From positions 1-64,000 of the forward strand of contig NW_026918424.1 of assembly GCF_032062105.1 (NCBI RefSeq): a DNA stretch of 64,000 nt. Direction: 5' to 3'. This document shows positions 13,701 through 25,700 of the stretch, in pieces. The notes under the pieces were generated by a model, which was given only the letters and a program-made list of their open reading frames with translations, made no database searches and was not told the DNA's origin. How positions within the stretch are numbered: position 1 is the first letter of the stretch; each line of letters opens with the position of its first letter. Position numbers and translations under genes: made by a program. The stretch comes from Saccostrea cucullata. Lineage: Eukaryota.

Positions 13701-16700
13701 GAATTAAACAGTTTTTGGTTCGAGCCTTGCATGGGGCGTTAATTTTTTTTCATGCAAACAACCGTTTATTTTGTCAGTTTCGTTTTATGTACTGATGTAT
13801 TAAAATTTTGAATTAGATAAATTTTGGTTCAGTTTGGTTCTCGAGCGAAATCAATTCAAATCTTCTATTCTATAATGTACATGTACACGTATCGTGCATC
13901 TATGTCTTAAATATTTAGGTGTTTATTTTTTGTGAAACATTACTATGTTATAGTACCCCTAGGAAAAACGGACATAAATGTTACAATTTAATTCACAATG
14001 TCTCTCAAACTAAATGAAATAAAAAACTAAATGAAAAAAAACTTATGGACGTGTTGTAAAATCTGACCAGCTATGTTCAGCCAACCAAATCATGGACATT
14101 TAAACCATAAATGTTTCGTGCAAATGATTCCTGCAGATCACACGCCAAATGCGCCCATCTTCTTTGGCGTGTCATACATACTCATTGAAATTCTGCATAG
14201 ATAATGTGGAGAATGCCAATATGTCACTCTCCAGACTGTTCTTAATACGCATTTTTGCCTTTATCCATTAAATTGATTGATTGACTGTATGTTGTTTAAC
14301 GTCCATATCTCGAGAATATTTCACTCATACGGAAACGCCACCACTGAGGGCCATTGAGTAGTGAGGGATCTTTTTCGTGCCAGCGCCTACTGCGACACGG
14401 GACTCGGTTTATACGGAGTTTATACGGTCTAATCCGAAGGACCGTCTCTACGTCCCACAGTGGGATTCGAACCCGTAAGGATCAACTCCTTACCTCCCGA
14501 CTCTAGAGCAGACGCTCTAACCATTGCGCTACGCGGGCGACCCTTTTTCATTAGATGCCAGGCAACATCGCACAGGTTTAATTAAAAAGTGCTTATGAAC
14601 GCATGAAAATACCGAATTCTGACTGAAACAAGTAGAGTACATGTGGATGGCCTCGCATTTGTTAAGGTTAAAAGTCATCAAGCCGTCATTTTCCGATTCT
14701 TGCTATTACTAGAATTCAGTTTTCTTTGTTGCGCTGCCGTTGTCTTCCAAACTGCTGGTCTTTTATGCTACGGAGTTTTTTTCCCTGGCTGCTGATCGAA
14801 AGACGGATTTTTAACTTCACCTGCTCAAAGGATTACAATTCGGCCCTTTCATATATATTGTTTCTATAATACATTTTATATAAATAAAAAAACCAAATAT
14901 AATCTTTCCTTCAACAGCTATTAGCTATGTTCTGTTGTTCAGAACTGACTTTATCCAAAGCCCAATAAACCCTAAAATTCCGAGCGATGGACCTTTTACA
15001 TCAGGCGCTGATTTATCAAAAACATTGGTAGCCGAGGAATTCATTAAATTCCAAAGAGTTTAAATTAAGGAGTGTTCTCCATTTTAAAGAATTCCAAGGA
15101 ATCACTTTGTAAAGGCAGGAAAATATTTTTCGGGGTTAGAAGTTTGATAGGTATCGAACACAAAGGAATGGGCTTCTATCAAACATAACTGTACAGCGCA
15201 TGTTTGAATTTGAAAAACTTTCAGTATCATTCTTAATTTACTTGATCAAGATATACAGTGTACATATATTTGAACAAAGACAACTGTCTTCATTCCAGAT
15301 TGTATTCGGTCCAAGGCAGGCTGGAATTACAATGGGAATATCCATCAAACAAAGAGTGGGCGCCTGTGCCAGAGATGGGACCAACAGAGTCCGCATACCC
15401 ATAGCTACCAAGATCTCTCGGATCAACACAACTTCTGTAGAAATACACACTTAGATCGCGAAGAGGAGGAGGGTCCGTGGTGTTTTACAATGGATTCTGA
15501 CAAGAGATGGGAATCGTGTGGACTTCCGCCATGCTGTACGTTTGTTCACTTTGTTGTTTGTTGTTTGACGTCCCTCTCGAAAATTTTTCACTCATATGGA
15601 GACGCCACCACTTGCCACATCCTATACTCTTAGAGCAGGGAGTGATCTTTTTTGTGCCAGCACTTACTGCGACACGGGACCTCGGTTTATGAGATTTCAT
15701 CCGAAGTGGGATTCGTGACGTGAGGATCATATGAGGCGCCGTTTTTGTATTTACTGCCAAAAAGTGATATCACCTATTCGAATATCACTTATTTAAATAC
15801 AGTACGTGATATCACCTATTTGATTTGAATTGGCGATATCACCTATTCGATATGGTGATATCACTTATTCGATAAGTGATATCACCTATTCAAATTAAAT
15901 AGGCGACATCACTTATTTGAATATTTGATATCACCTATTCGACTAGGTGATATAACCTTTTCAAATTATTTATGAAATAACAACGGCTCTCAAGGCTATA
16001 GGTCTTTAAACTACCAAAAAGTGATATCACCTATTCGAGTACGTGATATTACCTTATCATTTTGAATAGAAGATATCGCTTATTCGAATAGGTGATATCA
16101 CCTATTCAAAATTATTTATGAAATAACAACGGCTCCCAAGTCTGTAGGTCTTTAAATCTCATTTACTTTCACTTTAGTTTTATAAGTCGTTGTTCTTGGA
16201 GACACTGGATTACACTTTGCATTTAGTTTTAAGCAAGTAGAACTTATAGTTTGTTTTACTCACAAATTAATCTTTCGTGTATACTACAAGAAAATGAAAA
16301 ATCGAGAAGAAAAATGCATGATGAATGTTCTATAGAGAAAATGCCTCCTTAAGGTTTATTGATACTCTGATAAGAGAGATAACTCTTAATGACATAATTG
16401 TCTATCATTCCTTTATAGATTTGTCGGGTTGAAGTGTCTTTTTTGTCCAATTTTGCCCAACAAGCTATGCTATAATTGTTTGTATTTTACTTATAAAATA
16501 CAGTTCTTTTGGAAAATCATTAAGGTTCAAGCAACATTTTATATGAGTGAGCAGAGGGTTTATGAACTTTAACATTATGAAGAGTGGAGAGGCATGCCAC
16601 TCTATTGTACCACAGCTGGGTAAAATTTACAAAATTTATATATTAACCTAACAGGAACGAATGAGATTTAATGTTCCCTCGCTTTTGCGAAAGTGGAGAA

Positions 16701-19156
16701 TTTAAAAAAAAAAACCGTTAATTTTTTTTCTTAAACTTGCACCATATGAACACAGTATAACTAAGGCGTGTTTCTCAGAACACGTAATTAAGAACCTAGT
16801 CTTCATATGAAATACTGTTTTTTTTTTCCTTGTCCATAATTTAGGTTAAGTATCTCAAAGTATCCAATCTCATTTGTTCGCTATATAAATATTTAATCGA
16901 ATCAGTAAAGCAGAATTAAAACAGAATGTAATATACAAGATTAGTCGTCTTTCCATTTGGCGAATCGTTCAGTACACTATCATGGTTTGAATAGCTAGAA
17001 ATCGCCTGGGATTTCTCTAAAAAAAAATTTAATTTGAGTTGAACGTAAAGTTTATCTATAATTAATCTCGTTTTAATACGTTTTAGCTCAAATACGCCAT
17101 ACAATATGCCTGGCTATCGTCAAAAGCGATCTTTATAAAAGAAAGTCAAATTTTCGTTTTTTCCCCTTCATTTTTAAGGGGGAGGGGGTATTCTGGCTAG
17201 GTTTAGTGTACAATGTGAATATTCTCTGATGAGCGAGAGTTTATATCTTATAAAACTTTTAAAACACTGAGAAAAGTCGAATCGAATAGTATTCTGAGTA
17301 TTATTTCCTGAATCAGATAGTAAGATCTGTATTTTAAAAAAAATTGTGTTAAATCACAGGAATTATTAGTTATAGGGGTTTCATATTTGTTTTCCTTGTG
17401 ACAAGACCTTCCCTTGGATATCAAGAAAAGCCATGACATAGGCATTTTCGCCTACTCTGGTAGTGATTTCAAAGTGTAATGTGTTTTATGTTTAATATTT
17501 CAATGTTAATAGTTCCCTCATATGATAAATATGAAAATTGTCCATTTTGTACTGAGTATATAGAAAATATTCAAGTATCCACCGAACGATGACAAACTGG
17601 GTGCGTTTCATTACCGCTACATTTTCAAAATTTTCATTACCGCTACATAGTCATTACCGCTACAAAAAACCTTACATTACCGATACATAAAAAAGTATGC
17701 ATTACCGCTACATTGCCTCTTTCGTTAGCCAGCCACATATGCGTGTACAGTACAACCTATAAATGCATAAGACCTGTTTCCCCTGCTCACCACGGGGAGG
17801 TGAAAGTAGGACTTTGAGCAGGATGTTTTTTTTCATTATTAAAATCAATTTTATTTCATAAAACACAAAAAATGAAAATCAAGCACTGTTCATAGATAAA
17901 GTCCTAAGTTTTGTCAAATGTTTTTTACACTATCGCTAAAGCCTTGAAAGCCATTTGCTTGACAACATATTGTTGGTTTCTAAATTTATAACCATCGATA
18001 AGTAAGCCGGCATTCCCTCAATTTGTAACAAATTTTACTTATCAGTTGTGGCTATATTGTTCAGATGAAGGTAAATAATTTTAAAATTTCGACTGCAGAG
18101 TTATTTATATAAATATACTCATTCTGATTAGATAGTGAGTGAATTCTGTTGATTAGAACTCATACACCGAACCATACCTTGCTAAATCGATATGTAGCGG
18201 TAATGAGTTGTTTTGGACTGATTCAATAGGTAGCGGTAATGAGTTGTTTTTGGCCGGGAAAATGTAGCGGTAATGATCGGTCGAAAATCTGAAAAAATAT
18301 AGCGGTAATGAGTTGAAATTTTTGGCAATGTAGCAGTAATGTTGACCTCCCGACAAACTGTTGCCAGAGACCACATTTAACCAGAAAAACAACTTTTGAA
18401 TTTTTTTTTTGGGGGGGGGGGGATATGACTGCACTTCTTTGCATTTAGATAGTTTTTTACAAAATAATGAAAATAAATGTTCAATTTTTCTTCTCATGCT
18501 CATAAAAACAGGTGATTTCCTTTTAAATTCTTGAGTCGGTTGTGTCCTCCGTTAGACTATATATGGATCTTTGACCTTGACCTATTAAAAAAATTTAACT
18601 TTGCCCATTACTTTTTAATAGATGATGCGAGGGCTGTTCTAGTTCCTAGTTCAAATGTATCTTGTGACAAGTCATGTTCCTGTGTATCTTGACCTTTGAC
18701 TTTGGCTTTTGATCCACTTTTATAAAACTTGGCCATAACTTTCGGATGGTTGGTTCTTGGACTTCAATACTTTACAAATATATCTATTGATACAAGCCCT
18801 TTCTTTGAAGGTTTTTTGATTTCTTGACTTTGTAGTTTCATTTGCATTTAAAAAAAGTTTCGCAATATGCTATCATACGGGGACATCGGTGTCTCACAAA
18901 CAACATTTTTTTCCTTTCAGATGATTTTTCCCGAAACTGCAAAACAACACAAAATGGAGCGGATTATTATGGGACGACAGATATGACCAAATCTGGAGAT
19001 CTGTGCAAGAACTGGTCAGATACAACCAATCAAAATCCCTCTTACACCTTTCTTTCGGATCATTTTAATTTTTGTCGGAACCCGTTCGGAAAAGAGAATG
19101 ATCCATGGTGTTATACAAGGACAAACTGGGACTATTGTAATATTACTCTGTGTTAA
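10703..19156 (+). CDS. Secreted PAN/apple-kringle protein (NK1-like), copy 2, 186 aa
   Basis: Exon 1 10703-11027 (signal peptide; PAN CASICLNNILCRSFFYNPVQERCIL; donor G|GTGAGT). Exon 2 18921-19156 (acceptor TTCCTTTCAG; complete 6-Cys kringle ending CNITLC*). Phase-1 join, 561 nt in frame; paralogous to copy 1 in both exons. Confidence 0.85.
11042..12333. mobile_element. TTAA-inserting MITE with long TIRs (Kolobok-like)
   Basis: TTAA at 11038-11041 and 12334-12337; TIR GGGACTCCGACCCTCAGCCAGGAAGGACAACTCTTTAAT... longer than 80 bp; lies 14 nt downstream of the copy-2 splice donor. Confidence 0.85.
11225..12124 (+). mobile_element. Hairpin-plus-tail element B, nested in the TTAA MITE
   Basis: Palindrome about 11225-11383; 13-bp inverted repeat TTTATCTCATACG (11379-11391) / CGTATGAGATAAA (12112-12124). 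Confidence 0.75.
12673..13232. repeat. Inverted-repeat element built from about 20-bp palindromic AAACTATAGTTT-type units
   Basis: GAGCTAAACATAGTTTCACAG... / ...CTGTGAAACCATATTTAGCTC ends; many AACTATAGTT palindromes inside. Confidence 0.7.
14273..14542 (-). mobile_element. tRNA-derived SINE
   Basis: Minus strand has an A-box (TAGCGCAATGG), a B-box (GGTTCGAATCC), the core AAGATCCCTCACTACTCAATGGCCC and a (CAAT)n tail; same family as 23991-24240. Confidence 0.8.
15547..15730 (-). mobile_element. Truncated SINE of the same family
   Basis: TTTGACGTCCCTCTCGAAAATTTTTCACTCATATGGAGACGCCACCAC and GATCTTTTTTGTGCCAGCAC match the 14273 and 23991 copies. Confidence 0.7.
15755..16160. repeat. Array of about 21-bp palindromic GTGATATCACCTATTCGA units with an internal duplication
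   Basis: Repeated GATATCACCTATTC; AAATTATTTATGAAATAACAACGGCTC..TAGGTCTTTAAA occurs twice (about 15963 and 16109). Confidence 0.75.
17599..18351. mobile_element. MITE with GGG/CCC ends, 8-bp TSD and subterminal CATTACCGCTACA arrays (Merlin-like)
   Basis: GACAAACT at 17591-17598 and 18352-18359; about five CATTACCGCTACA motifs at the left end and about five inverted TGTAGCGGTAATG at the right end. Confidence 0.8.
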
Positions 19157-19740
19157 AAGGGCACTTCTTTTAAAGACATACAATATGAACTAGAATGGAA
19201 TGCTGGAGGAGAAAGGATTACGATTACAAATATTGAAAAATAGACCTATATATCAATATGCAAATTGTATGTAATTAAGTGAAATAGAAAATGTAATCAA
19301 TTGAAGAAATTTAAGCATGATATTCAAAATACTTCGAATGTCATTAAACGGGGCAAAAAAGGCCACTAAGGGAACATTGTTCATTGAAGAGTATTTATAC
19401 AGTGTATCTACTCAATTATATCGTTTTTTTTTTTAAATAAAGTCGTTTTCATTGTACTTTCTGTATTCATCTAGGGGTTTGTGCCACAGTGCTTTCCAAA
19501 TGCAGATATACGAGTAATATTCTCTACAAATTTCTAAGATTAATAATGATTAAATCAAGCTACTTTAAATAAATATTATTGACAATCAAATAGCTCCAAA
19601 CCAAAACTCTCAAAACTTGCATCCCAAGAGATAACATAATTCATTAAAGTTTGTTTATTGTGCAAATGAATGCATCTTCCGTACCTGTGAAGAATTATAC
19701 TGAACCTCAACACTACGCATAAAGTAAGGGGATTTTCAAA

Positions 19741-22700
19741 ATGACGACCAAGATGCCATTAATTTCTTTCCCTTTCGTTGTCGTCATCGTAGTCTTTAAA
19801 TCGTACGGATCTCATTTCAGAGATGATTTTTTTCATCGTCTGCCCAAGGCAGACGAAAAAGTTCTCATGAAAAAAGTTCTAGCGGAGTTCACCGGTGTGT
19901 CTGTTCGTCAGTGTGGCTTGAAGTGCTTGGAACACTACCTGTGTTCGTCTTTCTTCATCAACAGAGGGAATAAACACTGTAAACTCGCAGGAGAGGTCGA
20001 CTTTCAAAATCTTGTCCAATCGCCTGGTTACAGGTACTATGTGTCTGACGGTAAGGCTTTAATTTTTGCATGTTGCTTTGTCAGATTAAGGCTATACGCT
20101 CCTCAGCCATGAACGATAACTCTTATCATCATTATTTTCTTCAGTTTGACTCAAATTGAAGCTTAAAATTATTTTTTATTGTGCAACAATTTTTATTTCA
20201 CGAAACTCGATAGGATTCGGGGTCAAATCAATTTCACAGTTTGATAAGTACAAAAAAACTCAGCGAATGAAATATTTAATTATAACATTGCAAATGGTTT
20301 GCATAATGTGGCAAACATCTATGATGTCAACTTAGAGCTCTTTTCTCGATAAAGTCACAATGCACAGAGGGGTGATTTTTACATCAAGTATGTTTATAGC
20401 ATTATTTACAGATTCAGATGTAAGGTATATGCTAGAAATTAATTTTCCATAACTTTTTTCTGAAGTCCATTTCCATCCATGGATTTTTGGCGAAGTTTAT
20501 AAGCAATACATTTTATCTCGTGTACTGAATAACTTTCAAGTCTTTTGAACCTTTAAGTCCTACCCATAACCGCCCCGTACTATCTAAACTCAATCCACAA
20601 GGCTGATATAGTCCACAGTTGTCCACACACATCAGGAACTGCCCATTCTGATCTAAGATGTGTAGGCAGTCATTATTTTCATCTGCCACTATGATTTGCC
20701 TCATAGAATCTGTTGCAATATGTAAAGGATCAAGTGATTTTCTTCTTTTAGCTGGTGAACCGTCATATCGAAATCGAACTCTCCCAGATTTGTCCGCCAC
20801 AACCACATTTCTAGCATTACTGTCAGACACACAAATATCACCATTTCCATTTTCAGCTACATAATTTATATATGCCCCTATGCTAAGGATCGGCATGCCA
20901 TCCTCATCTTTATTAATTTCATATTTTACTGCTCCTTCTTGATATCGGACAACTTTCTGGAGACAATTGTCATAAGACATACTGACCAAGATATCTCCTG
21001 ACATGGTACAACACAGTCCCCATGGACACCAGCCATTTGGAAGGGCGATAAGTGTCTCTGTCTTCCCATGTCTGACTATGTTCACAGTTTCATTATCGGA
21101 GTCGCAGTATATCAGTTCTCCTTGTATTGTCACTGAGATATCCTTAAATCGGCCTGTGCCTCTGACAATGACAGAGTCCACTTCAGATCCATTTATGTTA
21201 AGTCGCTTTATGATTCTCTTCTGACCACTAACCCAAGCTTCATCTGCTCCTAAACAAGCTACACTGTATGTAGGCTTGTCACTAGTCGGAATGGTAGCAA
21301 CAACTTTGGCTTTTTTAAGCAGCTCTTTGCTGGAAGAATATGACGTTTCACCTGTCAGATGAGATCGTGACTGCTGTGTTAATATAGCCTTGTATTCTCC
21401 TAAGTCTATGCTGAGTTCTCTCCCTTGGACTGTTTTTGTATTTAGTGAAGGAATGTTGACATCCTCAAAATCAGCAGGTATGTTTCTGTATTTTTCCAGT
21501 TTGGATTTGTGGCAGATGATTTCGGACACCCTGTTTGCCTTCAGAATTTCGTTGGTTTGTTTAACTGTATGGACCACATCTGGAATAAGGTTATTTAGCT
21601 TAGTCTGGTAAGATTCTATATGAGTGAGATAATTTTCTCTCATGGATTTGATCAAGGAACCCAGTTTGTTAAAGATAGTGTCGACTTCTTGGTGCCATAG
21701 TTGTCTGTGTTTTTCTGTTTCCTTTTCCAGTTCATCAAATTTAGCTTTTATTTTAGATATTTTTCCCTCTGTATCCTTTAACTTCTTCTCGTACTTGGGA
21801 ATAATAGTTGATTCAGTTTCTTTGATTTCATTTTCAATTTCCGTTTTCTTTTTATTGAAAATCTCTTGCATTTCCACAATTTTGTGCCCACTATGAGAAC
21901 TTAGAATACATTTCAGACACACATGGACATCACATTCTTGACAATGAGCCTCACATCTCTGACTGGAGTGAAACTTACACTCAGGAAACACCAGTTGTAT
22001 CTTTCTTTTGGTGAAATGAACAATGTCATGTGTTTGAGACTTGAACTTGTCTACGTGTTTACCGACGCAGTCCACACATAAACTCACTTGACAGTTATTA
22101 CAAAATTGCTGAGTAGGCTTAGGACAAAGGTCACAAGTGATAATCTCCTGTGCCCAAGAAGTTGAAGTAGCCATTGTCTGCCTCAGGAAGTGGAACTAAA
22201 ATTATATGTTAAAAAAATCAATATTTAACAACAACATATAGGGGTAATATATTTAAGAAATGTATTTGAAACACGGCATGATTATTACTTCAAGGTTTTT
22301 AATATTCATTTACTTTATATGAAATTCTTCTGTCAAGACATACTCAAATGATTTCATGGTCAGTGTTGCACAGTATGAATTTGATAGACAGCTGTTTGCC
22401 AATTCAAGTTCTAAAAACATTTATTCATTTAAAAGAATCCCCTTTTCCAAATTTTTTCACATAGAACTTAATTAGACATTTAAAAAAAAAAAAAATAACA
22501 TTAAATTTTGTCTGCTGTGTAATCCACACATAAGTTAAAAAGGCATGGACAACATTTGCCTTGTCGTTTTGCTTTGCAGTCTTGCTTTTCTCAATGATAA
22601 AGGATACGAGGGGTTATCAAAAAGTTCGTGGACTAGCGTCATAAAATTAAAACCGCTTTAGGCATATTATTGAATTTTAAAATATTTAGTTAGCATCATC

Positions 22701-25700
22701 TTTTCTATCAAAGAATAAACCATGAATTAATATAATTTTTGAAAAAAATGTCCAATAAGTCCCGGGGTTGAATATCGGGGGGTGGGGGGGTTGTCCTGTC
22801 CACAAGTACCTGTGATTTCAATATAACTTGGCGCACAAGTAGACTACACTAAGATACCTAATTTAATGCATTGATTTTTTTAAATTTCGATGAACGGTGT
22901 TAATTATGTTGACATGCAAGTTACCAATCTAATAAGAAAATACAATTTAAATATAGTTAAATTTACTTATTTATACAGGCGTTAGTAAGTAAATTTACCC
23001 ATATTTAAATTATATTCTCTTATAAGATTGGTAACTTGCATGTCAACATAATTAACTTGCATGTTGACTTAAATATGATGCACGTCTACATAATTGGACA
23101 ACTTGGTTTCACTAGTGATAAACTACATAATAAATATGAACTGCTTTACCTTTTAGTTCCAACCCCCAGAGGATAACAGAAAGAAGTTTTTATCTCCCCA
23201 CCCCAAAATTTACTTTCGGTTTAATGTTTAATCTTCCTATCAGGCGGGTATGTGCGCATGTGCAGTCTTTTTGCTATACAATGCTTTCTTTGGTTATCAC
23301 ACTGCTCAACGCGTTATCGGCTACTCAGTTGTTATCGAACACTCGGTTGATAACAATTTTTAACAGGTTAGTAAATTATTTTAAATAAACTCTGTTAAAA
23401 CAGAAACAGAGAATATTCATCGTGATTTTTGTAAACAGAAATGAATACGGATACAAAATAAAGCCTCGATACGTATTAACATAGCATTTGTTAGCCTTTG
23501 GAAGGCTTTAAAAGTCAAATTTGTTATATTTTGCGAGTTTTTCTCCGATTGGCATTGTAGTAGATAGCTTTTTTTCTTCAAAATCCTTATATTTACCTTG
23601 CGTTAATGATTGTCCACAAGAAGACTTCGTCAGAATCTTGAGAATATGTAATTAAAGGTCAAAAATTTACCAATTTTAACTTTCAGGATGTTATCGGAAA
23701 TACGGTTGAATAATGCACTTTGTTATCGGAAATCTCGGTTTTGGTTATCAGAAACAAAGGTTGTCATAGATTAGGGAAAAACGCAAAGAAACGACAGAAA
23801 TCCGTATGAAATCTAAATATTTAAAGTGGCTGGCACGAAATTCTAATTTTTGGCTATAATTTGCCTCTTTTAAGAATATGTAACTTTTAAAAAATGAGTG
23901 CTTTTTTTTGGCATTTCTCACTGAAACCTGCATGATCTTGACTTGTTCGAAAATATGGTATAAGTTTTAAATTTCATTTCAAGGTACCGAGATTGCCCGC
24001 GTGGCGCAGTGATTAGAGTGTCTGCTCTAGAGTCGCCAAGTAAGGAGTCGATCCTTACGTCGCGGGTTCGTATCCCACAGTGGGACGTCGAAGTGGGTGC
24101 TAGCACAAAAAAGATCCCTCACTGCTCAATGGCCCTGAGTACTGAATATATGACAAATTTTGAAGCTCTCCGCCGGCAAGTGGCGGCGTCTCCATATGAC
24201 TGGAAATTTCTCAAGAGGGCGTTAAACAACATACAATCAAGGTGCTGAGCGCATGGCGAAGGAACAGTTGCTACTCGTTTTTATCGACTTACGTCAGTCG
24301 CCGCCGAGATTCAAACTCACAACCTTTCGAACACGAATACATTTATAAACTTGGTATATCCATGTAAAGCAATTAAAGAATTTAAACTCAAGGGTGGTTA
24401 GATGAATTTCCAAATAGGTAGTTAGACCAAAATATATGGCATAGAATTCAAAATTTTGAGGAGAAAAGATGTTGACTTGAAAATATTACAAAATCGTAAA
24501 CATGGATCTCTACAAATTCGCTAGCCAAGGGTTTTCGATCCGAAATCTACTCTACAGAGTAGATTTCAGCGATGATGAGATCTCTAAAACATCGGAGGTT
24601 GTTTAACGTACCAAGAAGGAATAAGAACCCCCTGATGAACGGTCACATCACGCAGTGCGCTCAAATTCAATGTGTAGATAGAGCTAATGCTCGGATGGAA
24701 GGGGGGGGGGGGGGTGACATGGATTTTGCATTGCTATTGGATGTTTATACTAAAGCAAAAAATCTCTGGCACCCCCCCCTTCCCTCCATTTGTAATTAAA
24801 AACGCAAATAACTGTTTGTAGAAAAAGTTAAACATACCAGGAACTGAAGTGAAACAACCAGCACCCCTTCCATCTAAATACTAGTAGGTATTTTAACGGT
24901 TGGAAAATAAGTTATATATTTTTTTTAAATTAAAGTGTTTCTAACACAATAAAATTTCTGTCGGCTCCCTTAAAATTATTATTATTTTTTTAAATATTTT
25001 TTTTCTGGACGATGCTTTTTGTTAAAGGATATAAGTCTCTTTAATCTACTACATATCCAAATTACATTGTATTAAAAAAGAATTAAGAATTATTATTTTT
25101 TTTCTTAATGTTGGCAGCTGTCTGATTGACACAAGATCACATGATCAAGTATTAAAAAAAGTAATATAAACTGGGTGATTCTATTTTAAGCTTCTAAAAA
25201 ATATGTTAACGTTCTTCTGCGGAGCAACATAAGTGCTGACGTCACAATCACGGGCACTTGTTTCATATACGGGGCATCCCTACTTAAGCCACACCTGCTA
25301 TATTTGTAACTGTGACGTGATAATAAATTGACATTACTGGACAAAAAATTAGTTCCCCGGGGATCATGGGGAAAATTGAACTTGTTTAAAAAAAAAATAC
25401 ATGTATATCGGTAGTCTAAAACAAAATTGTTATAATTAATTAAACACAATATATTTACGTCTGAAACCGCCTGAAGCGGTTTCCAAGAAAAATGATTGAA
25501 CAGATGAGTAGTTCTATTATAAATTTATAATTATTAACTTTATTTATATACATTCATACCAAAACAAACTTTTACGTTTGCTATTTTCAAGGATTAGCAG
25601 ATTATAATGGATTTTTTCCAATCCATTTATGAAGCTGAAGGAAACTTTTTAACCTGAGTTTCCGATAACGTACACCCTTCAAAAACCGAAGTATCCGGCA

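Noticed and set aside
18153-18503. Three overlapping minus-strand ORFs
   Set aside because: They translate the CATTACCGCTACA subterminal repeats of a MITE.
20658-21896. Plus-strand ORFs overlapping the TRIM gene
   Set aside because: Antisense shadows of the long minus-strand CDS.
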